DNA of 64,000 nucleotides from Ophelia neglecta. Its lineage: Eukaryota. This document shows, one piece after another, positions 15,181 to 26,589 of the stretch. Made by a program: the position numbers and the translations under genes. The DNA lies in NCBI GenBank assembly GCA_965285935.1, contig OZ260662.1, positions 63,922,001-63,986,000 of the forward strand. Direction: 5' to 3'. The notes below the pieces were generated by a model. That model was given only the letters and a program-made list of their open reading frames with translations. It was not told the DNA's origin and searched no databases. The stretch's first letter is position 1. Every line of letters starts with the position of its first letter.

Positions 15181-15370
15181 TGAAAAGGACTTAGGCCTAT
15201 CCACTGTAGGCCTAGTATTTGCTAAACTGAACATAAATCAACCATGTTTAAAATATTTTGAATAGAGGGCCCATGGAATAGATATTCCAAATTAAGACGG
15301 AAGTTGTGCCAAGCAAAAAGAAATACATGTAGGTGCAAAGTTTAGAAGAACAAAAGAAGCTCAGTTTATC

Positions 15371-15397
15371 CATAGATATGTATTCTCTATATCTATG
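15371..15397. mobile_element. 27-bp palindromic micro-element with perfect 7-bp TSD
   Basis: GTTTATC|CATAGATAT-GTATTCTCT-ATATCTATG|GTTTATC. Confidence 0.75.
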
Positions 15398-16358
15398 GTT
15401 TATCTCAGTAGCGCACACGCCCCAATTGCACTCGTTCAGTACTAGATGATGTTAGAAATTGATGAAATGAATTCAACTGATTTCCATTCTTATCTTCCAG
15501 AGGATTTGTTGGGGGGATCGCTGCCAAAAATGGCAATGGAGGCAGTTGGTAGGGTGTTGGATGTTAGGGGGCGAATCTCACAAGTTTGAGACCGCAGAGA
15601 GAGAATAGGCTCTCAGGAAAAGATTGTAGTATCATGGCTTGTGATTGGCTGCTTCACATTATTGGGCGGGCCTTATTCTACAGACGTGCGGTTGACCCGA
15701 GGCAGCCGCGGGTTTATTGGTCTTGCCGGCGCGCGGCTGCCGCGCGGCAGTCGTGTGACAGTCCCGGGGAGCCGCGCGGCAGTCCCGGAGCAGCCGCGCG
15801 ACAGCCCCGCGGCCTCCCACCTGCATCCGCGGATTTGTTGGTCCGATATACCGCTATACATCTCATACAGTGCGATTAAAGTTAATAAACCTGTGTTGGC
15901 CCGGGTAACTTGAAGATATCGACTGTTTTTACAACTGTTCCGTTCGTAGTCCATATCGGTATAAATTTATTTGAGAGGATACTCTAGGAAACAAAATACA
16001 CTATTTGTTGATATTAAAAAGCTGACAGATTCCGATACAACATTATTTGTTGGTATTAAAAAGCCGACAGATTCCGAAACAATACACTATCCCCACATCT
16101 TTCTACGTGTTTCATCTTGCCTAGGTTTCCCGTACAGCCTACCTAGACTACCGCGTAACATTTTGATCATGTAAACGTGCCTGATTCAGAGCCTTCTATT
16201 TTAAAGATACTTATTTACCACATACTAAAAATTTATCAATCTAACAACCTACCTGTAACTTGTGAAGTATGACGCAAACTATAAAAAGACAAACAATGGT
16301 GTTTTCATCTATTAAAGGGTTATAGATGAAAGAATAATATATATATCATATATTATTC

Positions 16359-18467
16359 TACCCTTCGCAGCAGAGGCTAATGCTTATCGCATAGCTTCTC
16401 CGCATCACCCTCTGCCGAAAACCGAGGGAAATTTCCGAGAACTCGGAACTCGAAAACGAGGCCGTTTGACGTCATACATGGGGAAAGCCCTTTGCTACAG
16501 GCGGAGAGCGGAGCTGTGTAGGTTGCAGTGACGTAATAGGACTTTCCCCATGCAGTGGCGCCCCCTGTTGGGCTGTTCTAGAGCTTTCAGGACCGATAAA
16601 AATATCTGGTTATCTGGCCTGTGATTGGCCAAAAAAGCTAGACGAGCTGTATAGCATGCTGGACTATGTGTTATTTATAAAATAGACTTAAGGTCTTATC
16701 ATTTAGGAATAATTGATAGACGCATACTGGTGTTGTTGGCGCAATGGTGGCCATGGCAAAGACATGTCACACTTTTTGCGCGGCCCATTTTCGGAGGCCG
16801 GCAGCCATTTGGACGTAAAGAGAGGAAAAAATGATCATTTCTTTAAGCTCACGTTGAAAAAAATTTGCCAACTAATGCTATCCTCATTTTTTGATATGTT
16901 GTTGCCTTAACTGGTGTCTTTCAGCGACACACATCAGCTAAGCCCGAGCAATATCGTGAATAGGTGATAAACGACCAGCAAGGCACGCGATTTAACATGT
17001 AAGAGATAGGGATTTTAATTACGTCCCTGCAACCTATAGCAGGATTAGGCTGATTTGGGCATTTTTGGCCAATATTCCTATAAATTTTGCCAGTTTAGCA
17101 GAAGGGAACACGAGAATTTACTTCTTTTGGAGCTTTTAGGGTATACCGAGGCAGTCGACCCCTTTCTAATAATGTACGGAGGACCAGTAGGGCCATAGGG
17201 TGGTATGGGCCAAAGGAAAGGCGCAGCGGGTAGGTATGATGGCCAGTGATGGCCAAACTGACGCCCTTTTTCCTTTCTTTGCAATGTAAAGCATGTGTAT
17301 TCTGATGCACACATTCACATGAGGCGTAAATCTTAGATCTACGCCCACTGGATTTGCCTCACATGTATTCAGCATGGATGAGTGTATAAACAAAAACGAT
17401 CAGTGGCGTTTCTCGTGTTCCCTGTAACCATGGCAACTATGCTGACAGCACAACTATGATGGCAACTAAGCGCTTATCATTTTTATTTGTGTCTTTTCAA
17501 CTGTCTCTTGTATCTGGGTGTTCGCGGAGGTAGTTTATGTCGGTTAACTACAGAAAGTATGGCCACAGGCTGAGCTTATTAGCAGTGTGGTTACCATGGC
17601 AACAGTCGTCATAGCAACGGACATTATGTAAATTCTCGTAGAGTATGTTGGTGTGGTTGACTGACATGCTCAACTGTGTTTGAAAACATAACTTGCAGTG
17701 CTTGCTGCATGACAATGTACATTGGCAAGCAGCATTTTCACGATGCAGCAGGAGGCGTCTTCAGGGGGTCCATTTGGGTCCGTGCCGAGAAGACATACCA
17801 TTTTGGAATAGCATGAGAGGGTCAAATATTTCATAAGGGTGCAATAAAAGTGGTTGACTTTAAGTTGAAATAACCCAGAGAATCGATTGAGCTCATAAAA
17901 TTGGCAGGTTTTTAGAGTTTTTATTGATTTCAGGTTGCAGTGACGTAATAGGACTTTCCCCATGCAGTGGCGCCCCCTGTTGGGCTGTTCTAGAGCTTTC
18001 AGGACCGATAAAAATATCTGGTTATCTGGCCTGTGATTGGCCAAAAAAGCTAGACGAGCTGTATAGCATGCTGGACTATGTGTTATTTATAAAATAGACT
18101 TAAGGTCTTATCATTTAGGAATAATTGATAGACGCATACTGGTGTTGTTGGCGCAATGGTGGCCATGGCAAAGACATGTCACACTTTTTGCGCGGCCCAT
18201 TTTCGGAGGCCGGCAGCCATTTGGACGTAAAGAGAGGAAAAAATGATCATTTCTTTAAGCTCACGTAGAAAAAAATTTGCCAACTAATGCTATCCTCATT
18301 TTTTGATATGTTGTTGCCTTAACTGGTGTCTTTCAGCGACACACATCAGCTAAGCCCGAGCAATATCGTGAATAGGTGATAAACGACCAGCAAGGCACGC
18401 GATTTAACATGTAAGAGATAGGGATTTTAATTACGTCCCTGCAACCTGTACTCTGCTACGAAGGGAA
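16359..18467. mobile_element. Short TIR element (~180 bp when empty; Academ/MULE-like 9-bp TSD) that hosts the long-direct-repeat element below
   Basis: TIR CCCTTCG(C/T)AGCAGAG at 16361 and 18451-18465. Flanks ATATTATTC / ATATAATTC (8/9). Related diverged sequence at ~22297-22410. Confidence 0.6.
16521..18446. mobile_element. Non-autonomous element with two 514-bp long terminal direct repeats (16521-17034, 17933-18446), each bounded by its own TIRs; KolobokP-like architecture
   Basis: The repeats are near-identical (one mismatch seen). Each begins GGTTGCAGTGACGTAAT and ends ATTACGTCCCTGCAACC. The whole unit is flanked by TGTA on both sides; the inner flanks are TATA and TTCA. Confidence 0.8.
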
Positions 18468-19052
18468 ATATAATTCCTACTACAAACATATTGCGCCTTA
18501 CAGTATTGTCTACTTGATAAGCGAACAACAATATAGGGCCTACAAAGGTTATCGAGGGGAACTAGGCCTATTAAAGACAAGAAATGTTAAGAGTAGCGAC
18601 AAGGAAAAGTTTGCGATACCCGATGATTTGCCTTCTTTCGTCTACAATATCCGGTCAAAAAGTGTCTTCATCATACTTATTAAATAGCCTTAAATTGTAG
18701 ACTCTACCCATGCCACTAGTGAAATAATGTCCCGTGGGACATGCGATCAAGAACCTTTGTAGGTCGAAATTTGCCCAGTATTTTACCAGAGACTAAAAAG
18801 AACCCCACCTTTACTATTCCCTGTTTCACAAAGTTGAGGATCAATCGCCTATTGTTTTTTATAGGCCTAAAACGGTAACATGCTCCATGTGTGACAACTG
18901 GACGGACGGGTGCAATTTTCTTTATTTTTTACAAAGAATACCTACTATTTTAACTCTATAAGCTACTGCTTAACCCATGGAGACGTCTTAAAAAACTATA
19001 CAAATTACTTGGCGTGATTTGAAAATTCTTTCTCTAGGTTTAAAAGCCTGTA

Positions 19053-19229
19053 CAGTGTACCCTTTGTTTGTGGTCACCTGTGTAATAAAGTCACCTGTCC
19101 ACTAAGATCAATAAATAATAGTCCCATTCATGTGTTAAATGACTTGCCTATTAAGGTCATCTAATTAATTTGATAATGTGATCCGTTTTTTCCAGTCCCT
19201 TGACAGACCTGATTAGATAGGTTTTACTG
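19053..19229. mobile_element. Pogo/Tigger-like MITE (copy 1)
   Basis: TA|CAGTG...TTTTACTG|TA, internal GGTCACCTGT repeats; homologous to 24365-24543. Confidence 0.8.
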
Positions 19230-19684
19230 TATTTATACAGATAGCATTTCAGTTTTGTAATCATTCTATTTGTTAGTGATGCATGGTAGGTTTGTGTTCC
19301 ATCGAATCCCGTCTGGCGTCTTTTTTATATGATGTATTTCGTTTGGGTCTGCTGACCCCACTTGTCATTTATAGTTTCATTTGTGTTTAAATCGTTTGAT
19401 TAATGACATTATCTAATTTCATATGTCGCATGTTATTCATTTGGAAATTCTTTAGAACATTATGCATTTGAGATAGGCCAAGCATACTTTTAGATCCTCG
19501 GCAGGCGCATTCACATAATAGCAACAAGGTGAAATGTCTTTTAATAGATTAATGAGCTAACTATTGAATTCATATATAAATGTGACCAATTAATATTGAC
19601 AGTAAACGGCCTTCAGAGGTCGAGTCTACGTACGAGCCCACTAGCCGGCGTGAAAATGTATATATGGACCAAGTTGCATTTATG

Positions 19685-20106
19685 TACAGTTGCTGGATAA
19701 GGCCACCTAGATTTTATTTTTTATCTCGTTCCCTCAAGATAGGTATCTCGTTCCCTCAAGATAATATCTCGTTCCCTCAAGATAATATCTCGTTCCCTCA
19801 AGATAGGTATCTCGTTCCCCCATGAAAGGTATCTCGTTCCTTCAAGATAATTATCTCATTCCCTCAAGATAGGTATCTCGTTCCCTCAAGAAAGCGTGTG
19901 TCATGCATGGTTTGTTGAGCTAAATAGCAATATATATGTTGGCTAATTTAAGGAACTTATTAACTATTTTGAGAGAATAAGATACTTATCTTGAGGCTAC
20001 AAGATACTTATCTTGAGGGAACGAGATATTATCTTGAGGGAACGAGATATTACCTTGAGGGAACGAGATAAAAATAAAATCAAGGTGGCCTTATCCAGCC
20101 ACCGTA
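19685..20106. mobile_element. Foldback-type MITE with inverted arrays of a 20-21 bp subterminal repeat (TAC-terminal, IS3EU-like ends)
   Basis: TIR TAC(A/G)GT(T/G)GCTGGATAAGGCCACC. About 8 TATCTCGTTCCCTCAAGATA units on the left and inverted units on the right. No TSD recognised. Confidence 0.8.
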
Positions 20107-20282
20107 GGTTTCTACCACATCTATATAGTGGTCTATAGGAGATGACCTGATGGCAGTCAGCCAAGGAGTTAATATATGCTGATTTGTTCTTAAAAGGTTA
20201 TTTTCCAGCCAACAGTAAGTGGCATCAAAACAGATTTTAATCAGAACAGATCATTTGGTGCCCTCGATGAGCATATACCTAC

Positions 20283-20526
20283 CAACTCTTTGGAACAAAT
20301 TGGTGCTTAACTGGCCTAAAGCAACACTAGCAAATACACCACCGATCCATCCTAGATTCCTCCGCTGTTTCTCCTGCGACATCGGCCCCATACTTAAGCT
20401 GCGGCTAAGATCGAACACCCTGGAAGAAATTAGTGGTGTCTTCTCCGAATGCGAGGACAAATGTACACTGCCATCCTCTGGTACATTGATGGGCCGGTAC
20501 CGGACTGAGTCTATCCTTTCCCTCAT
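20283..20526 (-). CDS. SLC12A9: Alternative (duplicated) first coding exon of SLC12A9 encoding a different N-terminus and TM1
   Basis: ATG at 20526; MRERIDSV...SEKTPLI...DLSRSLS...RNLGWIGGVFASVALGQLSTNLFQRVG aligns along its length with exon 1 (MRDILD...SENRPLL...NLNRTLS...[27 protein letters not shown]). It ends G|GTAGGT in the same phase 1 as exon 1. Confidence 0.75.
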
Positions 20527-22296
20527 ATTTCTGCCTTCTGATGAATTGATGTTTTGGCTGCGGTTTATCCTCACATTGGCTGTCAATAGTCTATCTTTCT
20601 GTTTCGTCTGCACTTTATCCTCACCTTGGCTGTCAATATAGGCTATCTTTCACAATGTGCCTGACAATGGTAAACAACAATGGTATCAACCTGCATCTAA
20701 CCTCTCGCTCTCGCTTTAAGCTTATATGGATATGTATACAAATAGTTTCAAGTTTAGGCCGTTAAGCGGATCATTCGTGTTCAGTTTAATATGACAGGCA
20801 GCCCAGATGTTTGCAATCGTATCTTCAGAAGATGGCGGTATAGCTAAAGGCTACGGTGTTATTCAACAATTTTAGAAACGATCGTCTTAAAAGCGTGTCT
20901 TATATCAATCACAATGGTCAGTCATATCCTACTTATCTCACTTGGGATGTACGACAATCAAGGACAGCTTACTTTTGACAAATTAGTACCAAATTCATCG
21001 GTCAATTCAACTGAACTCCCCGTTGAGGCCTATATCCATATTGTAATAGTTATATGGAACTAGTTTTAGCCTATATTATGGAAACTCGTGACGTACGTCC
21101 TTGTGCTGGGTTGCAGTCCTTAAATAGCGGTAAAAAACTAAGAGCCATCAGCAAATGTCGGCGTATAGCTGTATAGGCCCAGGCACATGTTTGTCCTGCT
21201 ACTTTAGCTATAGCTCGATAATAAATAAATGATTAAGAAAATCTCCTATATTCTGTAAAGATGATGACCTAACTATTTAATTCATAAATCACCTTTATGA
21301 CAATGATGGCCTCACCATTGATTTAATTCAAAACTTAAGATAATATCAACAAACCCAGTGAATTTATCACGGTGGAACATCACAACCTCAAGTGAAAGCT
21401 AGGAAATCGAGGAAATGCCACAACATGAACATGTCCGATGATCGCCATTTATTATTAAATCGATATTCACGTGATTCATGCACCTAGCAATCTAGTTGGA
21501 TTTGGCAAGCCAAGTAAACGGGCCTATGTCGTTCATGATATTCGTGTTCACAAACACTGGGCCTACAGGCATTGGCCAATTCGGCACTTTTGTCATGTGC
21601 ACTTTCTCTTCAAGTCTTAAGCAGTTGAAAGTTTGATTTTGCTGCTTAAGTCACGCACCCATTTGCAGTTAGGCAAAAATATTTATGGTATGACTGGGCG
21701 TATAACCAACTTCCCCATAAACAGGAAAGCAGTTAAATTATACCTACATATGAAAAGGGCGGGGTGGGGGCAGTTTTGGAAAGGACAGAGTGGAGACTAT
21801 TTGATCCCCTCCAATCCCCTCCCCATTTTATTACAGCGGCAATCAACCCCCTCCCCCCCCCCTCCCCCCCAAAAAAAAAAACGCCTCTAGTAGGCCTAAA
21901 TGAGCCAGCAATAATTTTTCCCATTTTAAAAATTATCGCTGGAGCATTACGAAGTGGGCGCCTCACGAAGGAGATGCCAAGTAAAGGTGGGGCGTAGAGA
22001 GCTAGGCCGAAGTGTATTACAAACAAGTGTCTTTAAAAAGACATATTGCACTCGGCAGGCTTAAAACAGGCTGAAATGGATCCCGTGTCAGCTCTGTGAG
22101 TGTATTATGGATAGTAAGTAGATATACATGGTCAGTTTGTCCAATAGCCAAAGGTTTTACTATTAATAATAATTATAAAGACTATTTGATCATTAGCTGC
22201 AGTCAATGCAACGTGACACAAGTCTGAGGTCAAACGTTCATTTGAAACCGGCGACGGACAAGGCTGTCTAACTGTGTACATAGTAATCATGCAATC

Positions 22297-22410
22297 AGGC
22301 TAATGTTCTTCGCACAGCTTCGCTGCATTACCCTCTGCCGAATGTCGGGGGAACGATATCCTGGAATATGAAAACAAAGCAGTATGGCGCGACTCGTGAT
22401 GATAGCCCCA
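22297..22410. mobile_element. Diverged relative of the left arm of the 16359 TIR element
   Basis: AGGCTAATG..CGCA.AGCTT...GCAT.ACCCTCTGCCGAA is shared with 16374-16420. Confidence 0.55.
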
Positions 22411-24364
22411 TTTCTATTAAGGCGTGGTCACACAGCCAAACTAGCACATAAACGCATGAATCACGCATTAGAATTTGGTTGTGCGTGCCTGTCCGTCGAT
22501 AACTCGAAATTTACCATGCAGATCGCATTGGACCTTACACAAACTTCGTCCAGAACCGACAACATTGTAAACCGCCATATGATCCGTAAAACTGTAAACT
22601 TTGAACACACCTACTCAAAATCTATAACTGGGTGACTGTAATGGAATTGCAGATATCTCACGTTCCAGGTATTCATTTCGTTGGTATCCAGTTCAATTTC
22701 GTGTACTTGTACTGACCTTGGCCCTCTTAGTCACCGAGGCGCGCGCACGCCGCTGGGTCAAAATTGAACAGCCAATCAGAGAACGGCTTGCCCTCGCTCC
22801 GGTCCTGAGTGGGGGTTGGCTTGAATGGACGCCAATTAGCAATAGGCTACAACATAGCATAGATTCAGCCAATCAGATGCATGGCGTGCATACTGAGATA
22901 AATATACATTGTCAACGATCTTCATGTGTAAATAAGTCATTCATTTTTTTAGTAAGTAGCATAGCATTTTGTCACCAAATAGTTTACCATCTTATTTTGT
23001 AATTGAGACAATAATAAATATTTTCTCAAAGAAAATTAGTAAAATTACATTTTTAAGGTACTACTTGCTTAAATGACAAGTAGATGGATGGTATTTACAG
23101 TGTTCAAAGGGGGTAAGCATATTCAATCGATATGCTGAAATCCGAGCTGGTGAAGGTGCGTTTGATAACTTTTATCCAATTGCTAATATAATTAGCTACA
23201 AATACATATTAATGAAATATCGCAACAAGTGTTTTTAAAAATATATTTTACTCACCTAGACGCTATAATGGCCGCTTATGGCAAAACGATTGTCATGTTA
23301 TACCCTAATAGGGGGGATTTATCCAAATTTGTCAAAGTTCCATTTATTGGCAATTGGAGCCCTTTTAGATGATAGAATAATATTTTTGTTTTTAAAAATA
23401 ATAAATTTAAACCACCCCAAAGTATAAGACTAATGAACACCCAGTTGGGACAACCACTTCTCAAACCTACCCTCTTTGACCTACCCCTGTGACCTCTGAC
23501 TCTACCCCTATGTGGTCTCAATATCCCTCATAATTGCCCTTGAATCCACACTCACAAATAATAAAACTTGCAAATTTACATAAATCTGCCTGCCACCCAC
23601 CCTAGTTATATTACGTACTCCACTATACCCAATATTAATAAATTAGCTTGATGAACTACCTAATCTGCTTGGTCTTCCGATCCCCTATTATCCTTGACAC
23701 AGTATGCACCCTAAATACCCCATACAACCATAATCTAACATAATTTCTTCTGGGACCACCTCCCGGAAATGCTTTGTCCCCCAGATATAAGTTTGAATAC
23801 CCCTATTGCACCCGGACATGCTATTTGAGAAACACCCCCTTCTGCAGGACAGGTGGTTTTTTTTTACCCTCCATATCCAAGACAGCTGTGCATCCCCCTT
23901 CCTGGAGGACAATTTCTAGAACAGCCCTTAAAGCATATTGGCCTGGGTAATTTGTTTGTGATAGATCGCGCCACGCTAGTGCCTATACTACTTCTTCTAC
24001 CGCACTATATTTAACAGGATTTATTGGATGAATGGTTTAGAAGCACATTCATATTGCCAGAAAATAATCACTTAATGATTTCTTTTCTGAAATTAACTTA
24101 CATTGCTGCCCTAAGCTTGGATTCTTACACCAAAAAATACTTTGGCTAGATGGCCCAGTTGATGGCACCCTGATGAACACACAACATTGAATGTTAAATG
24201 TAAAATATTGTTTTCCACTGAAATGTCACACATATTTTTAAACCCTTTATTTTCTTGAGCCCTTTACTTCATTCACGAGCAGGGTCAAAATCACGTAATT
24301 AAAGGGCCCAAGAAAATAAAGGGCCTGCAAGAAAATCTTGTAGGAAGCTCTAAAATGCAAATTA

Positions 24365-24543
24365 CAGTGAAACCTGTGTTTGTGGATACCTGGGTAGTGA
24401 GGTCACTTGTCCACTAAGGTCACCAAATAATAGTCTCCTCCCATTCTATTCCTGTATTGAGTAACCTCCATATTAAGGTCACCTGTATAATGTGGGCATT
24501 TAATTCCAGTCCCTTGACTGACCTGATTAGACGGGTTTCACTG
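24365..24543. mobile_element. Pogo/Tigger-like MITE (copy 2)
   Basis: TA|CAGTGAAACC...GGTTTCACTG|TA; homologous to 19053-19229. Confidence 0.85.
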
Positions 24544-24793
24544 TACATGTAAAAGGCCAGTGTAATCCTGTAAGTTGTGTTTTACAACCCCAAATATTCA
24601 GGGCCATGCAATAATTATAAGGGTTTTACAATACTTAAAATGCTTTTCTTTTTTAAGGTTCTTGTATCAAGCCAGCCAGTTGATTAGTCCATAGGAGTAA
24701 TGTGCCATCTGGCTCTCTGTAAGAACAGAAATAAAATGTCCCAATCCCTAATTTCTCTCAGTAATAATATTGATATCTCTGGAACATTGTTTA

Positions 24794-25133
24794 CCATCAA
24801 CACTTGGCCGAGAGGTTAGGGTGTCAACCTCGCAAGTGGTAGATTGAGGTTCAAATCCCAATCCTGTCAAATCCTGTCAAAGTAAAACTAGGTACTGATA
24901 GCTCCCCTGCCAGGCGCCCGGTATTTGCGGGCAGTATCAGGACTGGTCAACCCGGTGTCAGTATAATGTGACTGGGTGGGGTTCCCTGTCTGGTATCTAA
25001 GGCAGGTACTCCAGTGATGCAGCACTCTAAGGAGCACATTGAGCCCATTGCCACAAGTGAGCACCATGGGGATATGACCATACAAGTGTTTAAAGCCATG
25101 TCAAACCCCAACCAACCTACCTACCAACCAACC
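24794..25133 (+). mobile_element. tRNA-derived SINE (central domain resembles Meta/MESC-type SINEs)
   Basis: A-box TGGCCGAGAGG, B-box GGTTCAAATCC, central GGACTGGTCAACCCGGTGTCAGTATAATGTGACTGGGTGGGG, simple (CCAA/CCTA)n tail. Confidence 0.75.
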
Positions 25134-26193
25134 CAGGGCAATTATCAATGCCTGATTTGTGGTGCTGATTTATAACCCTTACAAATAAACAAACAAACTG
25201 GATTATAATTAACGCTTTATTCGACCTTCATATAACTTATATATTGTATTTTAATATATACTTCTTTGTAATTTAATACTGTAGTAGACAAAGGGAAAAA
25301 AAGTTCATCAAGGATTAACTTGGCCCTTTTCGAAAAATACACTTTGTGTACTTAATCAGGGACTAGAGACATGCATGCAAATGTATTGTATTGAAGTGTT
25401 TCAATTTTGCAACAATTGTTTTATTATGATATTAGCAAATTTAAACCCAGGCAAACATTTTTTACCCTTACATTTGGCAAAGTCCAAAATCAAACTGGCA
25501 GGAAGGCCTTTCCATGTTGTAAACATTTGTATAACAATAAATACCCTAGATACTTCTGCAAACAACAAATGATCAGAAAATTCTCCATCAGAAAATTCTC
25601 CAATCTAAATAATACATCAACAACAAAACATATAACCCTTGGCTAATAGGGCCTACTCTAATACAAATATAATTTTGTATATCTTCAAAGTAAAAATAAC
25701 CAACATTATTAATTTATTATATCTGAATCATGTAATTGATAGGCTGGTATATTAACTTTCAAATGCACACATAATTTTGGTCTTAAGCTTTAAAAAGTAG
25801 AGCCACTAGTGTACTTCGGCCTTCTAAAATCTGGCTTAAAAGAGTAGCAGACAGTGTAAAAACATATCACCCCCAAACCCAAAGGTAACTAACAAGTCTC
25901 TTTTTCATTGATTGGGGGTGGACATTGGTCAGCAAATTTTGCATGCTGATCCTTTAGCTGAATTACTCTTAATTTTTCTGCTTACCAGGTACTTGTAAAA
26001 AGATAGTTTTTTTTCTTCTTTCATTTTGCATTGTTATATCCATATTGTACGGATCCTAAACAGTGACCTCAGAATAGGCTACAAGATTTCTCTAGAATTT
26101 TAATTTGATTTGGACTAAATCTGTACATATGTGCATGAACATTTGCCAACCAAATCTGAGCATACAATCATTACTTTTCTTTAGGCGAATAGA

Positions 26194-26480
26194 TTGGTCT
26201 ATCAAAATCTAAAATATTTTATATTCTCCTAAAATATAATATATCCTATAAACATTGGGTCATCAAAGATAGCATATTAAAAAAAACTTTATGACAATGC
26301 TGACAATATGTAGGATGTTGAGTAAAATCAGGTGATAGCTTGGTCTATCAAAATCTATAATATTTCCTATTCTCATAAAATATAATAGATCCTATACAAA
26401 TTGGGTCATTAAAGATAGTATATTTAAAATACAAAATGACAATGATGAAAATGAAATATGTAGGATGTTGATGAAAATCA
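26194..26480. repeat. Diverged tandem duplication (~146 bp x2) in the 3' flank of Dispatched-like A
   Basis: TTGGTCTATCAAAATCTA...TAGGATGTTGA..AAAATCA occurs at 26194 and 26340. Confidence 0.8.
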
Positions 26481-26589
26481 CACACACAAATACTTTCTCA
26501 CACACAAAATTATAATGTACATGTATATTCGACACCTCCTGACCTTCCCTTAAGAAGCAGGAAGATTAATATTTGAACAATAAAAGTAC

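Larger units (their letters stand above)
14600..15854. mobile_element. Non-autonomous TIR element with GC-rich subterminal arms
   Basis: TIR GCGGTATATCGGACCAA(T/C)AAATCC(A/G)CGG at both ends, each flanked by TATA. CCGCGG-rich arms and mirrored CCAATC boxes. Confidence 0.75.

Noticed and set aside
15586-15954. Overlapping Arg/Pro/Ala-rich ORFs
   Set aside because: Products of the GC-rich transposon arm.
16521-18446. LTR retrotransposon / TRIM interpretation
   Set aside because: Repeats end GG..CC with 17-bp TIRs rather than TG..CA, and no primer-binding site or polypurine tract was recognised.
19720-20070. Array of 20-21 bp repeats resembling a CRISPR array
   Set aside because: No unique spacers; the repeats are contiguous, inverted on the other side and enclosed by TIRs in a eukaryotic context.
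23250-23280. CGTCTAG|GTGAGT donor that looked like a third SLC12A9 first exon
   Set aside because: In-frame TAG immediately upstream and no TM1 similarity.
24800-24870. Possible tRNA gene
   Set aside because: A and B boxes are present but there is no convincing cloverleaf, and it continues into a SINE body and tail.
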